From positions 27,969 to 91,968 of the forward strand of contig JAQGDQ010000819.1 of assembly GCA_030141605.1 (NCBI GenBank): a DNA stretch of 64,000 bases, read 5' to 3'. The notes beneath the pieces were generated by a model, which searched no databases, had not been told where the DNA came from, and saw only the letters and a list, made by a program, of their open reading frames with translations. This document shows, in pieces, positions 1-12,773 of this stretch. The translations under genes were made by a program, and so were the position numbers. The stretch is from Tubiluchus corallicola (Eukaryota; Animalia; Priapulida). The first letter of the stretch is position 1, and every line of letters starts with the position of its first letter.

Positions 1-484
1 TGAATAGGAATAAAAAATCTATAATACATATTTGCACTGCACACAACAGAAAAGTGTTTATTAAAACTACAGACACATGAGTAGCACCACTGCTGCACTG
101 AACACTGAGAGTTAGAGTGACTAGAAAGCAAAAACAGCCAGTATATATAGGTATAGGACTTGACCTATGCAGACTTGCACAGGCTTTACCATTATTTTTA
201 AATAGGGAGAGGACCAGTGTGTATGCATTCACTGGACCATACAATTGTAGTGAAGGTAAGTCAGCTGGTAGAATGTAACAGGATTAGCCCGTAGATGGCA
301 GCACCTAATTATAATGTACAATTCCAACTTCCACACATTACTAAATATTTCGCACGTGCCATTTTGACAACAGCAAATGCTTTTCTTATTTGTATTGTGT
401 CGACTAAGTGTGAGTAATGTTTGCGATGACTGTAAGTCTTAAGCTTGTTTGACTTAAACGATATGCTTGCTTTGTTTAGAAGTC

Positions 485-3400
485 ATGCCAGATTCGGAAG
501 AACCAGGAGGAGTGCAATTGCGCAATGAAGCAGCCCAGTGGACACGTTACATTGTTGACAGGAATGCATTCACTCAAGTACGTTAACCCGAGAGAGAGAA
601 ATCGTAATTTGAGATAATTATGAAATTCACAGAGCTTTAGCACTACCTTCTTGCCTTTTTTATTTACATTTGTACCATTCTGAACAACACCATTGTTTTG
701 ATATATCTGAAATTGTCATAGGCCTGCTTTCACTTGACAATGATTTTTACTGTAGAGCAGGGGTGTGCAAATTATCTGACTGGCTGGGTTGCATTAAACT
801 TTCCGTTAATTCCTGCAGGCCACAGGCAGTTTGATCAAGGAGCCAAGTACAGAAGGGCCTAATAACGATTTTTTTGCATCCGACCTGCGCACATCATTAC
901 TACTGCACTCAAGAAACTATTTTAGAAGTTATTAGAATTTATATTACAAACCATATATTTCTACTTTCAGGACAGATAGTGGTAATTTCTTTACAATGCA
1001 TATTGGTAATGTGTATCACACGATCTGTGTAGTACATTGACATTAAGCTACAACCGTCTTGTAAGGCTTAATGGCATCCGATCTAGTAGAAAAAACTACC
1101 CGCACTATCTTTGGGATCGTGGCACAGACTTCAGCTGGATACACTCAACTAATCGCCCGGGCCGCACTTTCATTAGGCTGACAAATCTCTTCGCGGGCCG
1201 CACAAATTCTCTCGGCGGGCCGCAATTTGCACACCACTGTCGTATAGAAAAACATCACGATTTTTTTTATAGAATAACTGCTCATGATTTAAAGTATGCA
1301 TTTTATTCTTGCCTAAAAAATGGCCCAAGTGTTTCATCTTTTTAGCTAAACTGATGTTTTTCATCGCATTAGTTCGTGATGTTAACGATGACATCATTGT
1401 TGGGTTAAATTTTCTAACAGGAACCCTGGCAGCACAACCCTGCTATGTCCCTTGAAAGTCAAAATCAAAAACTTTAGGTTCACAAATTTAAATTTCAGAT
1501 TCTTTGTTTTTTCTGACTGATGTTTTCATGAGACAATCTTGGTATTTTTTGCTTGGATTGTGTTGTTTTGCTTTAACCCTTTCATACCCGTTTTATCCCG
1601 TGGGATACGAGAATATTTTCTGCCTTTAAAATTAATAAAATTTTAAAACTGGCAGTTATTTGGTCTGTTAATAGTTATTTTGATTTAAGCCATTGAGATA
1701 AGACTAAAAATAATGATAAAATGGCAAACTAGAAAATCTACATAGCATAAAAAACTGCGCAAGGTACAGTACTTTAGAGACGACTTTGTACAGATCAGCA
1801 TAGCGTGCATACTAAATGTCTTAAATACTTTAAAAAATTATCAGCAATTGCAAAATGAAGCGCATTTTATGCTTCCATTGAATCCCAATGTATCCCGTGG
1901 GACACAGGCTATATTTAGCACGCGGGCACAGGTAGGAAGAAATAATTATTATGTGTAAACAAGATGGACATACTGAACAAAAGTACCAAGCCAAAATTTT
2001 TTTCCTATTAAAAAATTATTTGGGACTGAAAGGGTTAATGCTAATAATGTACATTTTTTGCACAATGCATATTTTGGAGGCAGGCATTATTACCCTTCCA
2101 AATGGCAGAGTCTGTGAGTGAGTGAGTTTGAAGCACTAGAGAAATTTAGCTTTTGTTGTAATTATTCTCAATCCAGATCATTCTCTAAAACCCAGTATTT
2201 CTGTCTGACATATTTTAGCTATAGGCCATTTTGAGTGATTTGAACTGCATGCTAAAATTTTTTATTGTTTTCGTTTATGTAAACTTACCTTGCAAAGGTC
2301 ATCCCCTTCTATTTGCCCCGCATATTTCCCTCCAGATTTTCTTGCTGGGTTGTGTGATTTTCAAATACCGAAGCCCAAATAGCTGCGTACTTATGGAAGT
2401 TATGTGTGACATCTCTGTCGATACTTGTTTAGGCAAGTCTGCAGGTCCAGTCATTAACTAATATCTCGGCTGTTAATGTTCTATACTCCTTGCTAACGGA
2501 CCATGTGTGATGACCCTGATGTTGTATTTCCTATAGGGGAATCAAAGAGGGGCATGCTGCGTTAGTTTTACATCTCATAACGGAATGGAGCTAGTATGAT
2601 AGTCATTAGATGTATGGATGTAGATCGGCCTAACGCTGATGTTAAAAATACGGGGGACTATGGCCTATTTGTACTCTATGCACTAATGGTTCTAAAGAAA
2701 AAGAAATATCAAATGGCAGACATTAAAATAATTAATCAAACAACTTAATCATCAACAAATTCCAAAGTGATTCGATTTAAGCAAAAGTTCAGTAATAACA
2801 AAGATATAGCAATATTGACAAAGCTTGGGGTTAGTAGGGTATATACGTTTGCATAAAGTTCATGTCTGCCCACTATGTACCTAGGTTTTTTTTGGAACAC
2901 TTTTCCTTTAAAGCGAACAGTTTGTAGAACGGTAGCAATACGTCGTAATATAACCTCTGCATCTGAAAACAGTTGTGATTCCAAACTTCGTCAGAGAAAC
3001 TACCAATTGGTCTTGACCCAGCAAGTAGCATCGAAGAACATTAGGCTAGTATACGTGATGTTTGCGTTATCGGTGCGACGTTAGTTACACTCGTAACAAA
3101 AGCGAGAAGTACCTGTTACCACCCTGGGTGCGGTTCTGTAGTAGGTCGATCCATCTGTCAGTCAGTGGCTAACTCCACTACTGCAGACTGCAGGCCAGCA
3201 TCTCTGGGACAACTCTGATTGACGACTACAACTTTCACCAACTAGGCTGTCACAGTATCACCATGTACATTACACATCATATCTTGTGTGAAACTTTCTA
3301 GTACGGCATTTCTCTTCAAAAACATATAACTTCACAGAAAACGAGTAAACGACCTGTCTCGTTCTGTGTCAAGTTGCCGTCTATATCTAAACTGTGTAGA

Positions 3401-6400
3401 ACGAAGTTCATCGAGAAGCCACTCACTTAAATGCTATAATTTTACTCACCTGCGTACTGTCGTTAACCTTGATTTAGACACTGAATTATAGCCGCCACAG
3501 GGCAGACAAGAGTAAGTCCGACAAAATTCAAAAGAGGGTTTGTTAATAGGTGCCTAACCCCTAAGAAAATATCAATAATTGATAATACAATTAACTATCA
3601 CTGCCGGTAGCTAAATATCATACATATCAATTAATTGAACATGCAGTGTGAATGGAGCTTAATGTTGCATAAGCATAATGTGAGAAGTATTAAATGTAGT
3701 GTGAAACATGACACCATGGTACTCAAATACAATTATAAAATTCTTTCATATCCTCTACTGCTTACTTTGGACTTTGAATTACTTCAAATTATTTGACAAA
3801 AAAATTAAGAACAAGTCTTAAATGTACAGTTTGGCATAAAACTATGAAAAACTCCGTTTTGATATGTGTAATAAATAAAACTAACTGACTTGCTGCGTTT
3901 GAAATTGCAAAAATATAATTTTTTGTTTACCTTTGAAGAAATGATAATTTGTGCATTGAAAATAATCAGGTTTGTTTTCAACAATTTGCTAGCAGTGAGA
4001 AAGCTAAGTTGCATTTCATAGCAGTTTTCATTTTCATTCAGCCGCAGTTCGATGCATTGTATGGAAAAGAAGATTTTACAGAACAGGGAATTCGGGAGAA
4101 GATAGCTGATTATTCGAGGAAGCATCTTCTGTGTACGAGGCAGAAATTCCTGCAGTTTATTCTCACCTTCCTACCGTTTCTACAGCAGCTGTACAATTAC
4201 AAGCCTAAGAAATACATATTAGGAGATATTGTGTCCGGATTTACCGTAGCTATAATGCATATACCACAGGTAACCTGCTTTTAAAAGTTATGTTACTTTA
4301 TAGCAATTTTATACACATATCGTACTCGCATTGAAAGGATTTTTTGTTTGTTCTCATTTTAAATCTTCTGCAAGGTACAAGGTAAATCAGGGAAAGAAAA
4401 GGAAATGTTAAATTATGTCCCAAAAAACTTTCCATGCAAGTTATATTACTTAGCATTTTGCTTACCTGCATGAAAGACTTATGTAACTAGAAAGGAAAAT
4501 TATTAGTTATTTAAAATGTTTTCACCAATTGGTAAAATGCCGCTGACTCACCCTCCAGGGTGCACCACTCGCTAACCAAAAACGTATTTTTAATCTTATA
4601 GACAATTTACAGTAATTTGAAATTTTGCTTAGTGACGTGTGTGCTATGGATGCTCTGAGTATTTTTTCAAACTTTACTCAGTGTTATCTAAACTTGTTTC
4701 AAATGACTTGTCGTCAAAATGGCTACATCTAATGGTCGTTGCGGGAGTTTAAATTTACAAGAATTATACAGCGTTACTGCTGACACAAGCCCTGTATGCA
4801 AAAAGGCAGTGTGTAAGTGGTATAAAATTTCGAGACGAATTTTTAAACTTTATGTTAATGAAGAGTTTTCTTGTGCTTAAAAGGTTGTTTAGACTCAATC
4901 TCATTTTAATTTACTACCCAAAATATACATATTCTTGCCTATGAAAGTTAGCAATTGTTTCTTATATTTGAACAATTAGCTTAGAAAGTTAATTAACGGC
5001 AACAAAACACAGCTATTGCTTACGTCAGAAACTAACCACAGTTTGTGCAATGGCTGGCATCTTCCCTTGCACGTCAAGGACATTTGCGTAGGTGTTACAG
5101 TACTGTTTATAAACGCATGATGTCATGAAAAATGGGCTTTACATCATATGACGTCATGAACACTGCAGTTCATGATCATGCTTATCACGGTACCACCTTC
5201 TATTTGTCGGCCACGCGAATGTGACAAAAAGGCGCAGCTGCCAATCTTAGTAGATTCACTAAGCCGCGCGTAGCTTTGAAAGTTTAACGAAATTTGAGTA
5301 TCCGAGGTAATTATTATTTAATCTAAGCTTTGATTTACAAAAAGCTATTGTAGTTTTCAATATTTTAGAGCATTCTTTATTCTGAACTCATCCGGTTTTC
5401 CTTTAAAACATTTGACCATATTAGCACAAGAACTGTACAAAGAAATTTGTGAGAATAAAAACATTATAATGAAGTAAAAATGGCTGAATTTTTAGAGCTT
5501 TTGCAAATTATCCTTCGTTTTTTTACAGGGAATGGGATATGGTCTCTTGGCTTCAGTTTCTCCTGTAAACGGATTGTACACCTCATTTTTCCCACCTCTA
5601 ATTTATTTCTTCTTTGGAACGTCTCGACACATATCCATTGGTACGTATGATGTTTGGAAAGTTTAAGAAGCTCGTATGTTCACTGTTTATGCATCTTCTA
5701 AAATTATTTGACCATGTCTTTTGATCTATGCATCTACTTGAATACACAACATTTGGCTTCATGTCTTTTGATCTACACGTCTACTTGCATACACAACATT
5801 TGGCTTCATGTCTTTTGATCTACACGTCTACTTGCGTACACAACATTTGGCTTCATGTCTTTTGATCTACACGTCTACTTGCATACACAACATTTGGCTT
5901 CATGTCTTTTGATCTACACGTCTACTTGCACACACAATATTTGGCTTCATGTCTTTTGATCTACACGTCTACTTGCATACACAACATTTGGCTTCATGTC
6001 TTTTGACCTACACGTCTACTTGCATACACAACATCATTGGTTGTTGTTAAGTTTGACTGTAAAAGTGCCAAAACTTCCAGCTGATCGTTTCAGTTGTATA
6101 ATTTATATATATTTGTTATTTCTTATGTGTTTGTTTTCGTTATTATAGCTATAATGTAATAACTCTGCGTAAGAATCTCATTGTATTTTAATGTATATCT
6201 TAATAATAAATTAATGTATATGTCAATAATTAATTATAAATTGTAGTATTGCTTAAGCTTAATTGTTGTCAAAAATATGATGTCAAAAACTCTAATGTTC
6301 TAGAACTGCTTGACATGAGGCAAAAGTCTGGCTTGATTTTAATGTAAAATTAAATTAAATGATTTAGCGTCTCTTTAAAATTGCACTATTCCTGATGAAG

Positions 6401-9400
6401 TTGAATTTTTCTCTAATTCCAGGGATGAGAATTTTGCGCAGATACGTGAAATTTCGAGTTTTTGGAAGATCATTAATGCCATTTTTATAAATCGCGTAAA
6501 TTCGTTGAGAAAATTTTTACGGACCCAGTACATTATTTCACAAGCTGACCACTAGGTGGCAGGCCGTCACTTTGTTTACATCACGTACATCAGTGTAACC
6601 ACGTGTAGATCTCTATGTATAAAAATGTAGAATCAATTGTGCGGAGTTATTTGAGTCAATTGCGGACAGTTTTTATATACTTTTGCATAGGAGCGGCCAG
6701 TACTTAGGCATTTTTGAAACAATTAGGTATCATGTATCCTTGATAGTTGGGTATTTTAAATTATGTATGAAACAAGGTAACTGATATTTTAATTCCACTT
6801 AGAGGCTCTCTATGGTCACAAAATTGCAATTTGTTGCTGGCTTCCCTTGAACTCCCATGGGGGCGCCTACACGGCCCTCAAACCCCCTGCCTGTTTCAGA
6901 GTTTTTTGCCTTTTTCCACCAGGTGGTTCCCAGCGTAACGCTATTTTGGAGTGGCATTGTTCTGATAGGCGTAGAATATGTCCAGCCAATCTCAGCCTTC
7001 TCTCTGTGACTATTTCCTGCAACCGCCTCGACTGCGCCTGCTGTAGGACTTCCACATGGTCGCGATAGGCTATTTTTAGGATTTTCCGAAGACATTTATG
7101 GTGAAAGACGTCCAGTTTCTTTGATATCGCTGCTGTGACTTTCCAGGTTTCGCTGACATAAAGAGCCATTGGTAGCACAATGGTGTTTTACAAATGAAGC
7201 TTGATTTTCTTGTCCATTTTCTTGTTTGCCCAGATTTTTCTAATCTTCCTAAATACTGCTGCTGCTTTGTCAATTCTCACCCTGATGTCGCTTTCTGTGC
7301 CTCCATCACAACTCATCACACTGCCAAGATATGAAAAGCTGGCAACGTTCTCAATCAGTTGACCTCCCACTGATATTAGATTAGCCTTTGCAAATTGTAA
7401 CTGTAGCTATTCTTTCCCTGGGAGCAGAAAATACACTAATATTTACAAGCTTTCTGTGATCAGAGAATCATCTTGTTGTGGAGATCACTGCCATCAATTA
7501 GAATTGCATAGAACATTGTAGAATGTTCCGTCGAAGTGACCGCCTTACTGTCTGGATTGTTCTCGAACATTTGTTCGAGAAGTTTCTGCGGTGCGCTATA
7601 TAAGGCTGCCGACACGGAATTGCACATCGCACATCTCGCACAGATCTAACACAGACTTATACTTGTATACTTACCTTTTCAGATATACTTAAACGTTTTC
7701 CAGATTTTCACGTTTATTGTGATCATTTCGATGTTCCTTCATCTTTGTGTTATAGAATTCTCGCTAAATAAAGTAGTAATATTTAACAGCGTGTTTTCTG
7801 GTTTTCTCTACGAGCCTTCTGAGAGAAACAAAACATCTGTAAGCATCTATTAACATGAGATGTAGATGATCAACCCTCCTTGCAGGATTTCTGTTCTTTT
7901 GAATAAAAATCGACTAGGTGTGCGTCTAATTTTCTTCATCATGTTAACTGCAGGTACATTTGCCGTGGTAAGCCTAATGGTAGCAGGTGTAGTAGACAAG
8001 TATGAACCACTCTTAATAGCAGATGATGATATTCTTTTGACAGACATGGAAAATAAGTCCCGCAGTATTTTAGCATTCACAACACAAACACCTGTTGCAG
8101 GTCTGTATACATTTGTTGTTATTATTGTAAATTTCAGAATTTGAACTTGCGATTCTGTCTGAAAAGTTTCGTGATTGACTGGGAAGCCATCTATCAACTA
8201 ACTGAGTTACTAAGAATTACGAATTCGAATGTTACCACCATAAGTTAAGACATATTGTCATTTTTTCAACAAAACCCTAGCGATTGTGTGGAAATAAATT
8301 TAGTAAGACGAGTACCAGTATTATCGGTATTTTACAAGTATTGTTATTGTAGTTTTCTTTCTTCGGTCATAAATTCGTAGAGAAATTAAACACAGTTATA
8401 CATTGTAATACGGCATTTCAGTTTCGGTTGTAAATTGCAGAAATTTCCCATTTTTTATGAGTGAAATGTTTCAGAATTTCTTGCAGCTGGCAAAAGGCCA
8501 GTCTAATTATAATCTACTTTAAGAATAACGAAATAACCTTGTATATAAAATGAGTGCAACAATTTTGGTAAAAACAAGATGTTGACAATACACGATGCTC
8601 ACGCGTATCTTATGCTTAGTTCATTTACAAGTAATGCTTATTCTTTAAAGTGGTTTGTTTTGTTGTCTCTTGCTCTGCCAGAAATAGCTGAAATTGTGAA
8701 TGGTATTAGATCTATGGTGAATGTTGTTATAACTACGTCTATATCTACGATAATATGTTTTTGACTTGTGATGCACTTATCTTTTGTATTTGAAGATTAT
8801 CCGCCTAACATTGAAAGCAGGGAGGATGAGAATTTTGTGCGGATATGCGGAATTCCGAGTTTTTGGAAGACCAGTAGTGCCAGTTTTGTAAATCGCGTAA
8901 ATTCGTTGAGAAAATTTTTACGGGTCTAGTATATTATTTCACAAACTGACCACTAGTTGGCAGGCCGTCACTTTGTTTACATCACGTACATCAGTGTAAC
9001 CACGTGTATATCTCTATGTATAAAAATATAGAATCAATTGTGCCGAGTTATTTGAGTCAATTGCAGACAGTTTTTATATACTTTTGCATAGGAGCGGCCA
9101 GTACTTAGGCGTTTTTGAGACAATTAGGTATCATGTATCCTTGATAGTAGGGTATTTTAAATTATGCCTGAAACAAGGTAATTGATATTTTAAGTCCACT
9201 TAGAGGCTCTCTATAGTCACAAAATTGCAATTTGTTGCTGGCTCCAAAGGGGCTTCACGGCCCCCAAACCCCCGGGCCTGTTTCAGAGTTTTTTTGCAAT
9301 TTGTCATTCTCATCCCTGTGAAAGATAAACGTGCTTTTTGGCCATTTCTTACGAGTTGATACCTTTTTTTAGATACTCAGAAGTACACTGCCGTCCAAGT

Positions 9401-11099
9401 TGCAACAGCCGTGACTTTACTCGTCGGATTCTTTCACATTGCGATGTATTTACTCCGGCTGGGTTCACTCACTACATTCCTATCTGATCAACTCATCAGT
9501 GGATTCACAGTTGGCGCTGCAATGCACGTGCTTGTATCACAAGCTAAGTACATTCTAGGCCTAAAAATACAGCGGTTTAACGGCGCGTTTAAGCTCGTTC
9601 GTACAGTAGTTGCCATTTGTAAGAATATAGCAAAGTCTAACGTAGCAGAAATATTGATATCGTTAGTTTGCATAACTGTTATGGTTATCGTAAAACAGTT
9701 ATTGGATCCCCACGCTAAACCATTTATAAAAATGCCCATACCGATAGAGGTTATTGTTGTTGTAGTATCTACCGGAGTAACGTACGCACTTGATTTTAAT
9801 GCTGCATATAATGTTAGTATAGTAGGAGAGATTCCTACGGGAGTACCTAAGCCAGAACTTCCCCCGGGAGAGTTAATGGGCGATATGATTGGTGAAGCGT
9901 TCGCAATAGCCGTCGTTTCTTTCACCGTGTCTGTTTCAATGGCAAAGATCTTAGGTAAACGACACGGATATCAAATAGACACCAATCAGGAGCTGTTTGC
10001 GCAAGGCTGCGCAAATGTGGTGACAGCTTTCTTTTCCGGTTTTGCTTCGGCTGCATCGTTATCAAGAAGTTTAGTGCAGTCCAACGTGGGCGGAGTAACA
10101 CAAGTATCTAGTATAATATCGTGCATTATCATGTTGTTCGTGCTGCTTCTAATTGGTCCACTGTTTGAAACGCTTCCCACTGCTGTGCTTGCGTCAATTA
10201 TAGTCGTTGCTTTGAAAGGGGTTCTCGTGCAGTACCGGGAACTGCCCTATTTATGGCGTTCATCCAAAAGTGACTTTTTCATATGGGCCGTCACATGGAC
10301 AGCAACAGTGTTTATTGACGTTAAATATGGGCTGATTCTAGGACTAGGTTGGTCCCTGTTAACTATTGTATGGCACACACAACGACCTTTCATTGCTACT
10401 CTCGGTCAGATGCTCAACAGTAATATTTATAAGGACATTACAGTCTACGATCAGGCAAAGCAGATTCCCGGAATAAAAGTATTCCGGTACGAATCATCGC
10501 TCTATTTTGCGAATGCGGAGTTTTTCCGCAACAGACTGTACAAAATGTCGGGCATAAATCTGTACAAACTAAAGAAGCAGATAAGAAAAAAGAAAGAGAG
10601 AGAGTTGGTCGGAGAAACTATGAACAGCGTAGGTGATTTTCCGCTAACTCAACTTGATGAAGAAAGAGAAGTGATGACAAAGAACAAATATTCCACTGAT
10701 ATAAAATACATTATTGTCGACTGTTCAATGTTTGGGTACATCGATCTAGTCGGCGTGAATACGCTTGCTCAGGTGATTGCAGAGTTTGACGAGGTTGGAG
10801 TCACTATCATTTTGTCAGAGTGCCACTTTACGGTTCGGAAAATGTTATTACGTACCAAAAAGGTATCGAAGGATAGACTTCACTTCACTCTCCATGACGC
10901 AGTGTTATTTGCAAGAGATGTAATGGCACAAAACCAGGATGGTACCGTCAACCAGAGTACTTCACAAAATCACCTGGTAAATAGAAGAATCAGTGCAGAA
11001 GCTGCGAAGAGGTTGTTGGAGAAAGCATCCAGTTTTGACAGTTTGTCGTCCAATTCCTCTTCATACGTATCGGCTAGACAGCCGTCTGATATCGTATGA
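485..11099 (+). CDS. SLC26 family anion transporter (prestin/pendrin-like), paralog 1; 5 coding exons, ~768 aa
   Basis: Exons 485-577, 4042-4269, 5529-5640, 7954-8100, 9373-11099; all GT-AG, phases 0,0,1,1; 2307 nt. Motifs: RYIVDR at the N-terminus, [63 protein letters not shown] (TM10), STAS domain (LYFANAE, IIVDCS..YID). Confidence 0.95.
758..1239. mobile_element. hAT-like non-autonomous element (MITE)
   Basis: Ends CAGGGGTGTGCAAATT and AATTTGCACACCACTG; repeated GGGCCGCA subterminal motifs; target-site duplication (TSD) degraded. Confidence 0.7.
1577..2034. mobile_element. piggyBac-like MITE, copy 1
   Basis: TTAA|CCCTTTCA...TGAAAGGG|TTAA; second copy at 39022-39441. Confidence 0.8.
4877..5406 (+). 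mobile_element. TTAA-flanked Kolobok-like MITE family, copy 1
   Basis: Right end CATCCGGTTTTCCT|TTAA; homologous to 23798-24315, 38211-38760 and 46462-47006. AGG..CCT termini with TTAA fit Kolobok better than piggyBac (inference). Confidence 0.7.
5713..6034. repeat. 47-bp minisatellite, ~7 copies
   Basis: Unit CATGTCTTTTGATCTACACGTCTACTTGCATACACAACATTTGGCTT. Confidence 0.95.
6420..7420 (+). mobile_element. hAT-like MITE family A, copy 1, interrupted by a LINE fragment
   Basis: Left end CAGGGATGAGAAT; body matches 8818-9318 up to ~6910; degraded right end (TTTGCAAATTG..ATTCTTTCCCTG) resumes at ~7387-7420. Confidence 0.75.
6914..7383 (-). mobile_element. RTE-clade LINE reverse transcriptase C-terminal fragment (decayed)
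   Basis: [25 protein letters not shown], then [39 protein letters not shown], with an internal stop; motifs typical of RTE ORFs. Confidence 0.85.
7474..7788 (+). mobile_element. Solo-LTR-like repeat, copy 1
   Basis: Starts TGTTGT, contains CTATATAAG and AATAAA, ends AACA; homologous to 41342-41666; TSD not clear. Confidence 0.6.
8818..9318 (+). mobile_element. hAT-like MITE family A, copy 2
   Basis: CAGGGAGGATGAGAAT...ATTCTCATCCCTG; TGAAAG on both flanks. Confidence 0.8.
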
Positions 11100-11561
11100 T
11101 ATTGTACAATAGACTGTTAACGTCTTGAGACATTTTACAAGTAAATATCGTCTCGGGAATAGGAAGTATCAGCTAGGCAGCCATCTGATATCGTATGATA
11201 TTGTACAATAGACTGCTAACGTCTCTAGACATTTTACAAGTAAATATTGTCTCGGGAATAGGAAGTATCAGCTAGGCAACCATCTGATATCGTATGATAT
11301 TGTACGATAGACTGTTAACGTCTTGAGACATTTTACAAGTAAATATCGTCTCGGGAATAGGAAGTATCAGCTAGGCAACCATCTGATATCGTATGATATT
11401 GTACGATAGACTGTTAACGTCTTGAGACATTTTACAAGTAAATATCGTCTCGGGAATAGGAAGTATCAGCTAGGCAACCATCTGATATCGTATGATATTG
11501 TACAATAGACTGCTAACGTATCTAGACATTTTACAAGTAAATATCGTCTCCGGAATAGGAA
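11067..11561. repeat. 99-bp tandem repeat x5 spanning the SLC26-1 stop codon
   Basis: Units start at 11067, 11166, 11265, 11364, 11463. Confidence 0.95.
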
Positions 11562-12773
11562 CACTTATCCGTACGAAAAGTGATGACAGCAAAAGCATAG
11601 AACGGTTCAGTCCACCATCGTGAAATTAAGCACAAAAGCACAAAATGGAGAGCACAATGAACAGCACAAAAAACAGTAGAACAGGAACACAGTAAGCACA
11701 ACTATCACGAATGACACAGCAGTGGATACATACTGGGCGTAGTCGACCACTTCACTAACTTGCGCGCAACTTTCTGATATCGATTACTTTGCTAAGTATT
11801 TAAGTAATGAAAGGAATACTTTTATGTTAATAAATTTATAATTTGAAACGTGAAAAATGCAAAATGCATTGAAAATAATTTTCAACACGAGCAAGTCACA
11901 AATGTAAACGCTGTCATACGTAAAACTGATACAGCTTTCGGTGAATTTTAGCATGCCCTGGGGTAGAGATTTGTTTAGCTACCCTCATTGGTAGGAACAT
12001 TTCTACCAACATTTCACAATGGATGAAGCAGAAGAGAAAGGTATCAAATTCAGTCAGCTTCACATTAGTCAAAGAGGAGCGAATAGCTGAGAAGTCACAG
12101 TGTGTGTTTTGCTCTAAAACTATACAGCACTGAAGCCTCGTTAACTGGAGCGTCTTCTAGTAAGTTTCATATTCCAAACTGTGGCAGCCCTTGACCGTTT
12201 CTCTGATTTATAGTATCAGTACGTAAGTCAAGACACGTCTGACAGTCCAGTGCCTCAGCTGTTAGGATTATCCTTGATGGTGGAACTGATTCGAGTCAAC
12301 ATTCAGCATTGTTAGTAGTCCTTGTCTTTGAGCTGTACGGCTTGCAGTATGTTGCAGAATTATATAAAATATTATGTGCCTAATAAAGTAGTATTGAGCC
12401 ATTTCAACTGAACGAAACCTATTTCTCCATGCAGTCAAGTTAAGAAGCAATTGCGTTTTGAAATGGTCTGATATCTAGTCGTTTTAACTCGTTAACTCTC
12501 CGCAGTAAAACATAAGATAAGTAGGTCTGGTAAAAAATTTTAATTGATATATAAATTATGTGCTCAGAATTATGATGCTATACTTATACTTATGTCAGGT
12601 GCATATCAAGACATGCCACAGGCTGATAGAGCTGTTTCACCCATCTGCATTGTGAATTCATTATTTATTATGTAATGACCAGATTAAACAATTACTTGTG
12701 GTGTATTAATAATAGTGTTTAGTTTCTGCATGGTCATTGTTACGTGTATATAAACTGCCTTTATATAGAAGCG

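Noticed and set aside
9488-10180. Minus-strand ORFs over SLC26 exons (also 25208-26684)
   Set aside because: Antisense shadows of the real coding frame.
11097-11120. Stop-codon readthrough or selenocysteine at the SLC26-1 TGA into the 99-bp repeats
   Set aside because: An in-frame TAA follows after six sense codons; no SECIS-like element recognised.
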